A stretch of DNA of 64,000 bases from assembly GCA_002269645.1 (NCBI GenBank), contig NIVC01000572.1, positions 124,001-188,000 on the forward strand, read 5' to 3'. Positions 48,926 to 61,607 of the stretch are shown here, piece by piece. This stretch comes from Macrostomum lignano (Eukaryota). A program made the translations under genes and the position numbers. The notes under the pieces are model-generated. The model saw only the letters and a program-made list of their open reading frames with translations. It did not search any database and had not been told where the DNA came from. Within the stretch, counting starts at the first letter, position 1; each line of letters begins with the position of its first letter.

Positions 48926-48979
48926 TTAACAGCACTAGTTGTCGATGATTTTGTGTGGCACAGCAAAACAGACACCAAC

Positions 48980-49498
48980 CTTAAGCAGTAGCATGTAGCG
49001 AATATAGTCAACCCGTTGGATTTGCAGTTTCAAAGATTTGAACTGCTTCAGCACTGCCGGGAAATTCGCGGCCACAAACGGCTCCAGATCCTGGTCGCGC
49101 CAGAGCACGTAGGTCCAGTCAGGATGAATTCTGTGCCAGGTTCTCAGCTGCTCAGCAAAATACGCCGAAACGGATTCATTGCGCCACAGGATGTGTCGAA
49201 TTTTTGGTATGGGAAATGCGCATCTTCTGTGCAGATGCTCTGCGTACTCGCGCCTGCAGATCTGGTTTGTGCAGACAGTTGGCAGCAGAGTTCTCGTTGT
49301 GAAATTCACATTCTGACTTGCCAACGTAGTCTGGCTGCTGTCAATCGTGCTGAACAATGCCGCGATGAGCTGCCTGTCCCTGGCTGGCTTGTCCAGCAGC
49401 GCGACCAGCTGCGCCACAACTGCGTAACCCAGCAGCAGGCCGAAGGTGACGGCCGCTACAGAGCGCCACTTGGAGCAGAGTTTTGCACACAGCTGCAT
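48980..49498 (-). CDS. GT32 glycosyltransferase exon 1 (type II membrane anchor); total 404 aa
   Basis: N-terminal TM VAAVTFGLLLGYAVVAQLVALL, then IPKIRHILW...W...HPDWTYVLWRD...IQRVDYIRYMLLLK. Donor AAG|GTTGGT joins in phase 0 to FGGTYADLD. Confidence 0.88.
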
Positions 49499-49548
49499 GT
49501 AGTCTATCTAGTCTAAATAGTCTCACACACAAGGACGCTCCACTGTGT

Positions 49549-49556
49549 CTTTTATA
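49549..49556 (-). promoter_or_regulatory. Candidate TATA box of the glycosyltransferase gene (head-to-head with the gene at 50190)
   Basis: TATAAAAG on the minus strand ~50 nt upstream of ATG 49498. Confidence 0.3.
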
Positions 49557-50189
49557 TATACACAAATCTATCCAAGCTAACTGTATCTGACTGGTTTGTC
49601 ATTATAACCGCGTACGAATCAATTTTCGTTTGGCTTTATAAAAACAGCAACGTGCAAAACTGTTTGGAAACGGCTGTCCGCCGGGATGCAGCACGCGTGC
49701 CAGGCGTGAAGGAACGCTTAAATTTGTTGCTTCTGTTTACACTGCATCGAAATTTGTCAACTATAGCTAAACGTCTTTTTTCATTGATCCACTCAAGATG
49801 TGATTTCTACCATGACAAGATATTGTAGAGACGAATAAACGATTGCATAAGCTTCCAAAGTAGGAGAATCAACATTAACAAATGGCAGCGCACCTTGCCC
49901 AGCGCTGAAATGGATAATGGGTACTTAATGTATTATATCCTGACTTTATAATCCTTCGACTAAGGAATCAGGATTGGACTAATCCTCTAATGACTTTCTA
50001 ATTGTCGGACGCGTTGACCGCTGACCCCTGTTATTGAAAATTCATATAGACAGCTAAAAATAAACTTAATTACAAGCCTTAGTCTCTGTCCTAAATTAAC
50101 GTGCTCATAATTAGCTAGATCATTTATTCCAGTTGCGCAACAGAGCTTGCTGCTCAGAGTAAATTAGCTTTATTATAGTTTGAGCAAAC

Positions 50190-50480
50190 ATGGCAACTGT
50201 GACCGCAACAGACTGCTCGAATAAGACCAACTGCAGCAGCAGTGCCGGCGCGTTGACTGCCCACAACGAGACGGATGTGATGAGCTGTGACGATGACAAC
50301 AGCCTGCAGGGCCTGCTGCTCAGGACGAGGTCGGCTCTGCTGCGACTGCGGGATTGCCAAGGCAATGCCGAGAATGATGACGAATGCGGACAGATCGATC
50401 TGGAAGCGGCACTGGCTGAGGTTAACACCTGGCTGCAAGCTGTCGAACTGCAGCTTGATGCTGATGGCTATGATGATGAG
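50190..50480 (+). CDS. Hypothetical protein, exon 1 (helical/coiled-coil-like)
   Basis: ATG 50190, GC3-rich codons, strong donor GAG|GTAAGC at 50480/50481 followed by a minisatellite. Confidence 0.5.
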
Positions 50481-50509
50481 GTAAGCTGGAGTTGTCTGGA
50501 GGGCGAGCG

Positions 50510-50748
50510 GAAGAGGGGAGGCAGCGGATTAGAGAGGGGGGGGAAGTGGATTAGAGAGGAGAGGAAGTGGATTAGAGAGGGGGGGAAGTGGATTAGAGAG
50601 GGGAGGCAGCGGATTAGAGAGGGGGGGAAGTGGATTAGAGAGGGGAGGCAGTGGATTAGAGAGAGGAGGCAGCGGATTAGAGAGGGGAGTGAGTGGATCA
50701 GAGAGGGTAGGGAGAGAATCAGAAAGGGGAGGCAGCGGATCAGAGGAA
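50510..50748. repeat. 21-bp purine-rich minisatellite (GGGGGGAAGTGGATTAGAGAG)
   Basis: About 11 copies between the putative exons. Confidence 0.85.
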
Positions 50749-50777
50749 ACTGTTGAACACGAACGCCCCTCAAAAAG

Positions 50778-51041
50778 TTGAGCACAGCAGTGACCGAAGA
50801 CCAGCAAACTGATCACGCCACTATCAGCGAGATTCGAACCTGGACTCCGGACACCAGCTGCTGCTGTGACTGCGACATCGCGAATGCTGAGGAGCGGGAC
50901 ACCGCATCGAGCATCGAGTCAAGCTTGCAGTCGGCATCCCGCCTGATTCCCAGCGAGCTGCTGCAGAGGCTGGACCGCCGCATCAACCAGCTGTGTGGCC
51001 AGAGGGGGACAGCAGCGGCGGGGAAACCGCCAGGCAAACAG
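50778..51041 (+). CDS. Hypothetical protein, probable exon 2
   Basis: In frame with exon 1 via a weak acceptor AAAAG|TTG; donor CAG|GTGGGA. A likely third exon at ~52160-52622 could not be joined in phase with certainty. Confidence 0.35.
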
Positions 51042-51139
51042 GTGGGATAAAAGTTCTGCAAGTACCCGGCAAATTCTGCGAACTCCCCGGTCTCCTGTAG
51101 ATGCTGATCACTTCTAGAGCCTCTGCCTATAGATCTTTA

Positions 51140-51990
51140 GATCTCCCTGTAGATCTCTGGATCTTCCACTTTTAAATCTCTGGATCTGCCTGTAGATTTT
51201 TTTCTGTCTGCCTGTAGATCTCTGGATCGTCTGCCTGTAGATCTCTGGATCGTCTGCCTGTAGATCTCTGGATCGTCTGCCTGTAGATCTCTGGATCGTC
51301 TGCCTGTAGATCTCTGGGTCGTCTGCCTGTAGATCTCTGGATCGTCTGCCTGTAGATCTCTGGATCGTCTGCCTGTAGATCTCTGGATCGTCTGCCTGTA
51401 GATCTCTGGATCGTCTGCCTGTAGATCTCTGGATCGTCTGCCTGTAGATCTCTGGATCGTCTGCCTGTAGATCTCTGGATCGTCTGCCTGTAGATCTCTG
51501 GATCGTCTGCCTGTAGATCTCTGGATCGTCTGCCTGTAGATCTCTGGATCGTCTGCCTGTAGATCTCTGGATCGTCTGCCTGTAGATCTCTGGATCGTCT
51601 GCCTGTAGATCTCTGGATCGTCTGCCTGTAGATCTCTGGGTCGTCTGCCTGTAAATCTCTGGATCGTCTGCCTGTAGATCTCTGGGTCGTCTGCCTGTAG
51701 ATCTCTGGGTCGTCTGCCTGTAGATCTCTGGGTCGTCTGCCTGTAGATCTCTGGATCGTCTGCCTGTAGATCTCTGGATCGTCTGCCTGTAGACCTCTGG
51801 ATCGTCTGCCTGTAGATCTCTGGATCGTCTGCCTGTAGATCTCTGGATCGTGTGTTTGTAGATCTCTGGATCGTCTGCCTGTAGATCTCTGGATCGTCTG
51901 CCTGTAGATCTCTGGGTCGTCTGCCTGTAGATCTCTGGATCGTCTGCCTGTAGATCTCTGCATCCTGTATATGTAGATCTCCAGATCTAC
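51140..51990. repeat. 23-bp highly homogeneous minisatellite (CTGCCTGTAGATCTCTGGATCGT) x~34
   Basis: Direct tandem periodicity. Confidence 0.93.
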
Positions 51991-53039
51991 AGCTCGTGCA
52001 GATCTCCAATCTGTCTATAGATGACTGAATCCTATGTCTATAGAGCCCAAATCATTTTTTCTGTGTACCTCCCAAATCCTCTTGTTTGTAGTCCTTGAAT
52101 TTTCTCTCAATAAATCGATGACTAATTTGTCTGTAGATAATGTTATCATTTGCCTGTAGATATTCTAGCACTCCAGTCTGTAGATCAGTAGCATCTCCTA
52201 ACAACACGGATCCCCCGGTTTCCTTCACTCAGCCGGTTGCCAGCTCCGCCAATCCTCGTCCAAAACCGGCCACTTCGCTGCACCCCTGCCTGCTGGCCCG
52301 GCCACCCTCGGCCGCTCTGTCCGGTCGCCTGTTGCGAGGTCGAGGCCTGATTAAAACAAAGACTCCAAACTTTGCGCACGCTCAGAACCAGAAACAGTCG
52401 AGAGTGCCGCCACTGCAGCGCACGCTTTTCAGCACCCTCTGCAGCCACCCTCTGCAGCAGCAGCGGCAGCAGCAGCAGTCAAAGATTCAGTCATCGTCAG
52501 TTTCAAATTTTACAAAATCGAAATTTTCGACAGCAACGCCAAGAACTCGCGTGATGGCAGTTGTGCGGCACAATGAGGCGGCTGGGCATCAGCTGATGGG
52601 AGGCATTCAGCAGGCCGACTAGCTGGTTGTGTACGATCGCAAAAACTTAGGTTTCAGATGTTGAATATAGCAGCTACCTGCAGTACTCATTCATCCCATT
52701 TTTTAATTGAGCAATTTTGTTTCAAAGTTGAATAAATATTTTCAGTCAACTCGAGGCTGCACAGAGAAGTCAAGTCACTTTTCAAATAATGAAATGTGTT
52801 TTTTATAAAGCAGAGAACTCTATAGTAGAAAGTTTATAAATAATTAAGGAAGTAAATCTGTAATTACAGACGTTTTCATTTAGTATCAACTGTCTAATTT
52901 TTATTCTTTGATGCAGAGGCGTTCGTTCACACACAGGGCCGCAGCCCCCGCACCCTATTATTGCCCCCACGAAGAGATCGCTTCCCTAGGTTAGGCGTCC
53001 ACTGGCGTAGGAGACACAGAGTAGGGAGAGGATGTTGCC

Positions 53040-53815
53040 TACCAAGAGACAGGGGCGCCAACCAAGAGCCAGGGGCGCCAACCAAGAGACAGGGGCGCCA
53101 ACCAAGAGACAGGGGCGCCAACCAAGAGACAGGAGCGCCAACCAGAGACAGAGGCGCCAACCAGAGACAGGGGCGCCAACCAAGAGACAGGGGCGCCAAC
53201 CAAGAGACAGGGGCGCCAACCGAAGAGACAGGGGCGCCAACCGAAGAGACCGGGGCGCCAACCTAAGAGACAGAGGCGCCAACCGAAGAGACAGGGGCGC
53301 CAACCGAAGAGACAGGGGCGCCAACCTAAGAGACAGAGGCGCCAACCTAAGAGACACCGGGTGCCAACCTAAAAGACAGGGTTGCCCAACAAGAGATAGG
53401 AGCGCCAACCAAGAGACAGGAGCGCCAACCAAGAGACAGGGGCGCCCACCAAGAGACAGGGGCGCCAATTAAGAGACAGGAGCGCCAACCAAGAGACAGG
53501 GGCGCCAACCAGAGACAGGGGCGCCAACCAAAAGACAGGGGCGCCAACCAGAGACAGGGGCGCCAACCAAGAGACAGGGGCGCCCACCAAGAGACAGCTA
53601 GGGGCGCCAACCAAGAGACAGGGGCGCCCACCAAGAGACAGGGGCGCCAACCAAGAGACAGGGGCGCCCACCAAGAGACAGTGGCGCCAACCAAGAGACA
53701 GGAGCGCCAACCAAGAGACAGGGGCGCCAACCAAGAGACAGTGGCGCCAACCAAGAGACAGGAGCGCCAACCAAGAGACAGGGGCGCCAACCAAGAGACA
53801 GGGGCGCCAACCAAA
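53040..53815. repeat. 20-21-bp GGCGCC-core minisatellite (CAACCAAGAGACAGGGGCGC) x~37
   Basis: Direct tandem periodicity. The flanks CAGGGCCGC... and ...GCGCGCGGCACTAG suggest a host MITE. Confidence 0.9.
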
Positions 53816-54334
53816 AAGACATTAAAGCACATGTACATGTATTGGCGCCTCTTCAGGTTGCGCGCGGCACTAGAATTACATGTAGAATTCCTGCGTAGCC
53901 AAGCTACTTTGATAGACTTAGGCCGCCATGCATACATGTATATACTACATGTACATGTAAAATGCTTGATCTCATCGATTATAATATGTACAGTTTTCAG
54001 TTTGAGCATCCGCCTAAGACGCTGTGAATGAAGGCACATGTCAGCTGATAAAGATAAGATAAGCCAATGTAATTACGAGTCAGTAATGATATTATAGCAT
54101 ATGTACAGTGTACATTCGTAGGAGGGCTGCAGGCATGCACGCCCTCCTGGCGCAACGCCATCGTCTCGCAAACCAGCGCTGACTCCCATTCCGCGGACTC
54201 CTGAGTACATGCATGTACAGTACAAGCTCATGCACTAATACTGTACGCAGGCACGCACCCATGCACTGGGTGTACAGTTGCCCAGACTTTCTAATCGTCA
54301 GGCATGTACACTCTGTACAATCTGCCCAGAAGGT

Positions 54335-54760
54335 ACATGTACATGTATGTATCATGTATGCATAATCCAGCAGTATACATCATGTATGTATCATGTATGC
54401 ACAATCAGTATACATCATATATGTATCAAGTATGCATAATCCAGCAGTATACATCATGTATGTATCATGTATGCATAATCAGTATACATCATATATGTAT
54501 CATGTATGCATAATCCAGCAGTATACATCATGTATGTATCATGTATGCATAATCCAGCAGTATACATCATGTATGTACAAGTATGTATCATGTACAGTAT
54601 GTATAATCCAGCAGTATACATCATGTATGTATCATGTATGCATAATCAAGCAGTATACATAATGATGTATGTATCATGTATGCATAATCCAGAAGTATAC
54701 ATCATGTATGTTTCATGTCTGCATCATGTGTTTATCATATACAAGTATGCATAATGTATG
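54335..54760. repeat. ~31-35-bp AT-rich tandem (ATGTATGCATAATCCAGCAGTATACATCATGTATGTATC-like)
   Basis: About 12 degenerate copies. Confidence 0.85.
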
Positions 54761-55422
54761 TAATCTGTATCATGATTTAATCATGACATTCCTTCTAGAA
54801 GACCCTGGCAACAGGCGTGCATGTATCATACAAATATGAATCAAGCACAGAAGTCATCATCGTTAAGAAGTGATTAACTGGTGACACAACAACGCCACAG
54901 CTTCTATAACTAATAATTCCCCTTCACTTAAATTCCAACATCTTATACATTCCGCTTTATTTAATAAATTAACATTAAACAGCTTAGTAAATAGTTAATT
55001 AAAATTATTTAAACACAACGCAATATGCCAAGGGTTGCTTTGGAATTTCTAAGAACAAACGACAGTTACGCAGACTAGAGAGAAGAGATTTTAGACAGAG
55101 AACACTGAAACCGTACAAATAAATAGCATTTATTAAGCGTAATAGGAAACACAAACCGGACACCCATAAACACAGCAATATTAACACAATATTATAATAG
55201 CTCTACTAATAAGAGAACAGCGTCAATCAAGAGACAGAATAAGACAGAGTAAGCGAGGGAGCGAAAAACCAACTTTAATAAAACGAAAAAATGAAAAAAA
55301 CTACAGATAATTCAGTTTTTATGGCGTATATTTCAATCTTCTTCTAAAAGGAACTTTTTTCTATTGACGTATTTTAATTGATTTTTTTATCAACTGTCAG
55401 CTTTCTAAGCAAGCCTAGGAAA

Positions 55423-55648
55423 ACCTGAGGCCCACCTGAGGATCTGATTGGGGGGGGCAGAGCCTGAGGCCACACCTGAGGATCTGATTAGGGGGGGGGG
55501 CAGAGCCTGAGGCCCCACCTGAGGATCTGATTAGGGGGGGGGGCAGAGCCTGAGGCCCCACCTGAGGATCTGATTAGGGGGGGGGGCAGAGCCTGAGGCC
55601 CCACCTGAGGATCTGATTGGGGGGGGGGGAGGGCCTGAGGCCACACCT
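55423..55648. repeat. ~40-bp tandem with a poly-G core (CCTGAGGCCCCACCTGAGGATCTGATTAGGGGGGGGGCAGAG) x5-6, in a putative ARF1 3'UTR intron
   Basis: Tandem copies. Candidate donor GAGG|GTAACT at 55791 and acceptor TTTTCCTAG| at 55415 on the minus strand. Confidence 0.8.
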
Positions 55649-55804
55649 AAAGCATTTGAACATTTTCAAGGCCACTTAGAAAGCCAGCAGCAGTAAAATA
55701 GTGACACCCCAATACTTGCATATCTTACTATAAAAGTCAAATCCCCAATCCCAGAAGTCGGATCTCTTCAACAAGCCTGAGCACTAGTTACCCTCAGCGC
55801 AGAT

Positions 55805-56095
55805 TTACCTAGCCTTGGACTTCAGCGTATTACTGAGCCAGTCGAGGCCCTCGTACAGACCCTCCCCGTTCGTGGCGCAGGTGGCCTGGATGTACCAGGT
55901 CCGATTGCGCAGCGAGTGCAGTCCCAGCTTGTCCGTGAGCTCCGCAGCGTTCATCGCATTAGGCAGGTCCTGCTTGTTGGCGAACACCAGCAGAATGGCG
56001 TCACGGAGCTCGTCTTCATTCAGCATCCGCATCAGTTCTTCGCGGGCCTCGCCGACTCGCTCGCGATCATTGCTGTCTACTACGAAGATCAGGCC
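55805..56095 (-). CDS. ARF1: ADP-ribosylation factor (class I), exon 2
   Basis: Acceptor TTGCAG|[16 protein letters not shown]...[11 protein letters not shown]...WYIQATCAT...[14 protein letters not shown]. Confidence 0.95.
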   Translation of the reverse strand, partial: GLIFVVDSNDRERVGEAREELMRMLNEDELRDAILLVFANKQDLPNAMNAAELTDKLGLHSLRNRTWYIQATCATNGEGLYEGLDWLSNTLKSKAR

Positions 56096-56119
56096 CTGCA
56101 AATTGAATGTTTTGTGCAT

Positions 56120-57412
<1,293 letters not shown>

Positions 57413-57504
57413 TCAGGCTTTTAAACTAAGATTGACTGCAATTTTCAATTTGGATTTTTATTTAAAAAATCATATTTTCTTAGCCAGATGTTTTGGAAGC
57501 GTCT

Positions 57505-57970
57505 TTAATGTGTCCATAGCATCTCAGATATATCTCTTAGTATGTCCAAAGCAGCTCAGGTGTCTATTAATGTGTCCATAGCATCTCAGATATGTCTCTT
57601 AGTGTGTCCAAAGCAGCTCAGGTGTCTATTAATGTGTCCATAGCATCTCAGATATGTCTCTTGGTGTGTCCAAAGCAGCTCAGGTGTCTATCAATGTGTC
57701 CAAAGCATCTCAGGTGTCTATTAATGTGTCCAAAGCAGCTCAGGTGTCTATTAATGTGTCCAAAGCATCTCAGGTGTCTATTAATGTGTCCAAAGCATCT
57801 CAGGTGTCTATTAATGTGTCCAAAGCAGCTCAGGTGTCTATTAATGTGTCCAAAGCAGCTCAGATGTCTCTTAGTGTGTCCAAAGCAGCTCAGGTGTCTA
57901 TCAATGTGTCCAAAGCAGCTCAGGTGTCTATCAATGTGTCCAAAGCAGCTTAGCTGTGTCTCTTAGTGTC
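57505..57970. repeat. 30-bp minisatellite (TGTGTCCAAAGCAGCTCAGGTGTCTATTAA) upstream of the ARF1 ATG
   Basis: About 15 copies. Confidence 0.9.
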
Positions 57971-60900
57971 AAGATCATTTTAAATGTTTCTCTAATGTGT
58001 TTAGTATCATAAATGTGTCTCTTAGTTTCTCACTGGTGACTTAGATATCTCAATTGTATCACAGATATATTTAATTTCTAATGCATCTTAGATATACTAA
58101 GGACTTAATGATTAAGTGTATAATTTTGGTCCCATTTAATTTTTTTACTACTAAAATAGATTTAGAAATCCATAAATCCATCCTATCCAGTTTTGGGCAC
58201 CATTAATGAAAATCTTAACTTCCATTAATTGCAAAAGCATTAGCATTAAAACAAAAAATCTTAACTTATTAATTCTTAATTTTGTTAAGTTAACTGAAAG
58301 TTAACTGATAATTATTAATAAGCATTAATCTGTTAAAGTTAACATACAAAAAACAGAAATCTTGCTCTTTTTTCCAAAACATAATTTATAATATGCACTG
58401 TCTTTGATTTTCCATCAAAGTTTATCTACAGACATAGGTCATCTAAGCAATTCACTTCACAAGCTAAAAAAGTAATAAATAATATTTTTTAAAACTTGTA
58501 TGTATAATACTACTAAAAGTAAGCATATGTTAAAATAAGTAACTTATTTATTTGAAACTTGAACTAATTAGTTACTAATTGAAAGCTAAATAGCTTATAA
58601 TAAAAATAAAAATAGGAAGGTTGTTTCAATAGCATTAGTAGGCGCAACAGAAAATTACAAAACATTGGGAAAAAAGTGAGTCAAAGTGATTGATGCTTAT
58701 ATGCAACCAATAAAGTTCACAATTCTAATTCATTATTAAAGTTCATTAGTAAGAAGTTGTTATATTTGCATGATCATTGCCATAAACAGAGATTATTTAG
58801 GCATTTTAGGCATATTAATGATAAATTTTTCATTAACTTACAAAATTATTAATGCAAATTTATTAACCCATTAGTTCAAAAAATCTTAATGGCAGTCTGT
58901 TAATGTTAATAAAAAATCTACAGACTGAAAAAACAGACTGGTGCCTAACAGTAAACTTATTGGCATTGGTATTGGAGTAAGCACTAGTTTAGTGTTAGGT
59001 GCCCCACTGTTGTCAGCAGTGCCCTGCGCCCTTCTAAGCTGTTGATTGCTGCTGGTTGTAGCTCCTCTCTTTCTCTCCCTCTCCCCTGTCCCCTTTGCCC
59101 TTTTGGCTACCTACACTAGTGCACTCCCTCTTTTTTCTGGTTTGTTTATGTTTCTAGTGTCTAAGCTTCTCCGCTCAGCCTGCTCTTGATTCATTGTCTA
59201 TCTGGCCTCCCTTCCCTTTTTTGTGTGGCTGCATTCTCTTGTCTGAATTCAGCAAATTCAGGCTGTTCTCTTTGTCTAGCTTGTACAATAGTGGATCACA
59301 TGTCCTAGGCACTCCATCCTGTTCTTGCGCCGCCTTATGAAATCTTGTGCATTGTCTCTAATTTTGAAATAGTGTCCTTGCTTCCTAGCTAGGGTTTTGT
59401 GCTTGTTTCTAAAAATAGAACTTTATCACGCCATGTTTGCAGGCGCAGTAAGAGTGGCCTTGCGCACTCTGGCATAATAGGGCTTGCACTATATGATAAA
59501 ATTGATCCACTATCCTATAAGTATAGGCTTCTTATGCCTTTGTTCTGACAACCCCTGGTTTGAATCCGATTTTGCCTCTCACTTTTTGCTAAATCTTGGC
59601 TAAGTGGTACTCCTTTAACCTTTGGTACCTTTAAGCTTTGTGCTGCCAGCGCTAAACCTTACAAATCTTTATTTCTACTCTGTCTTTGACAGTGTAAGTG
59701 AGCTTGTCAATCAAGCCAACGAGAAACTAGCATAGTTCCTAATCCCTACACTTAAAGCCCAGCAGGACCTGCTGACAAGGTGTGCACTATCCCAAGCTAT
59801 CAAATCTACATGGTGTGCTGAGTTCCTGCATGTCATTTATTTTGCTTAGCCCAGAGTCTTTCTCATTGAAGGACAAGATCTGAGTGAGCTAGTGGCAGCA
59901 TTTACCAATGTACTAAGAGCAACTAAAAGGCTTCCTGGGAGAGTCAGCCAAGAGCTTAAGGTAGACAGCTTAAGTGACTGATTGGGACGAAAACAGCAAA
60001 CACTTCAGTATCTATAATGTATATAGTATATCTTGCTGCAATATACATGTGCAATAGTAGGCCGAGTTGGCCAATATAGCCAACTAATTTGGTGGCCAAC
60101 CAAAGTAAATCACAAAAATGCCTACTAGAAGGAATACAGATATAGTACTAATTAGATGATTCGGTATTTAGCCTTGGCTTAGGCCCTTAATAATACTGCC
60201 ATTTACCCAAAATTGTGTTAAGTTTGCTTTAGTTTCTTTTAGGCCTACAGGTAAGTCACATTTTTGGCCAAAAACTGTCACATTGTTTGTTAAAACTAAG
60301 TCGCATAGCTGACTGAATTTTGGAAGTTGCACATCAGCACATGTATGTGCTGCAATATTTTTGATGCTTAAAGTCAAGGTAATTTGTTTTCTTGGTCTAA
60401 AGATTTGAAATTTGTTGTCTTTCTATTGTCTTCTTTTAGTTAAATAAATATTGTAGCAGTATTATAATGTTTTATTAGATATCTAGATCATGCTTCGATA
60501 TATGTATAATAGGGGCCTACATTTTAAATTTAATGTATTGTAGACCTATTTCTAGGTTCTATAAATTAATAGGCTTAATATTGCAAATTATATATATAGG
60601 CCCTATTCTAAGTCGCAAAATTGAGTCAACCAAAAATAGAAAAACACAAGAACCAAGAAAGAAAGGCAACAGGAAAGCAAAAAAAGAGCGGTTCAAGGAA
60701 AAATGGAATGCCTTTTCAATTTCATAGAAGCAAAATACAAAGCCAAAGGTTTATTTAATTGCATATGTCATAGCAATATTTACAAATTGCCTACAATTAG
60801 GCCTAATATAGGCCCTAGGCCTAGACCAAGGCCAAGCCAAAGCTGCAAAGGTATAACAAAAACAAAGTCAAAGATCTATTAGGCCTAACATAAGTTTGGG

Positions 60901-61607
60901 TATCAAGTATTCTAGGCCTATTCTACTTATCTAAGCTGTGTCCTGCAATGAAGAGTGCACCAGTTTTTCCATTTCAAATCAAAGTGGCCATAGCCCATCA
61001 TCTCATAGGCCTAGTTGGCTAGTTCATAGAGTCATAATTCATAAATCACTGATCAGTTAAGTTTTGACTTGGCTCTAATTCATTTTAAGCTGTGAGACTG
61101 AGACAATGTCTCGACTATGCCCTGTCCAGCCAAGAAACCTATATTAACTGCAATAGAATAGGCTTAGTCATTCCAAGGTAGGCGGCCTAATCTAACCACA
61201 TATTTAGTAATAGGTCTAGCCCTTACACACAAAACAAGTTTGAAATACGGAAAAATGATTATTTGACATGCAACAGGCGATAACATTCAAGCTCCAGCTC
61301 TGCACATGGGGTCGTTTTCTTTCTCAGGTTAGATTCTCACACTAGGAGCTCGGCTGCTCGATATTTATTTGCTTAAAGCTCTTTGTTGGAGTAGTTTAAA
61401 GTATTGCGCTATAACAGTCATGTTAGTTGCATCCGAAATCGTTATATCATTCCGGAAAAATGTACGGAAGTTTACCTATCGAAGATATATCAATGACCTG
61501 AATGGCGATTGATGGACATCATGGAAACTTATAAGCCTTTAATACTACGCGGTTATTATGCAAGTGCATAACTTCATTTGGACCTATTAAGCGACACAGG
61601 TAAAGAG

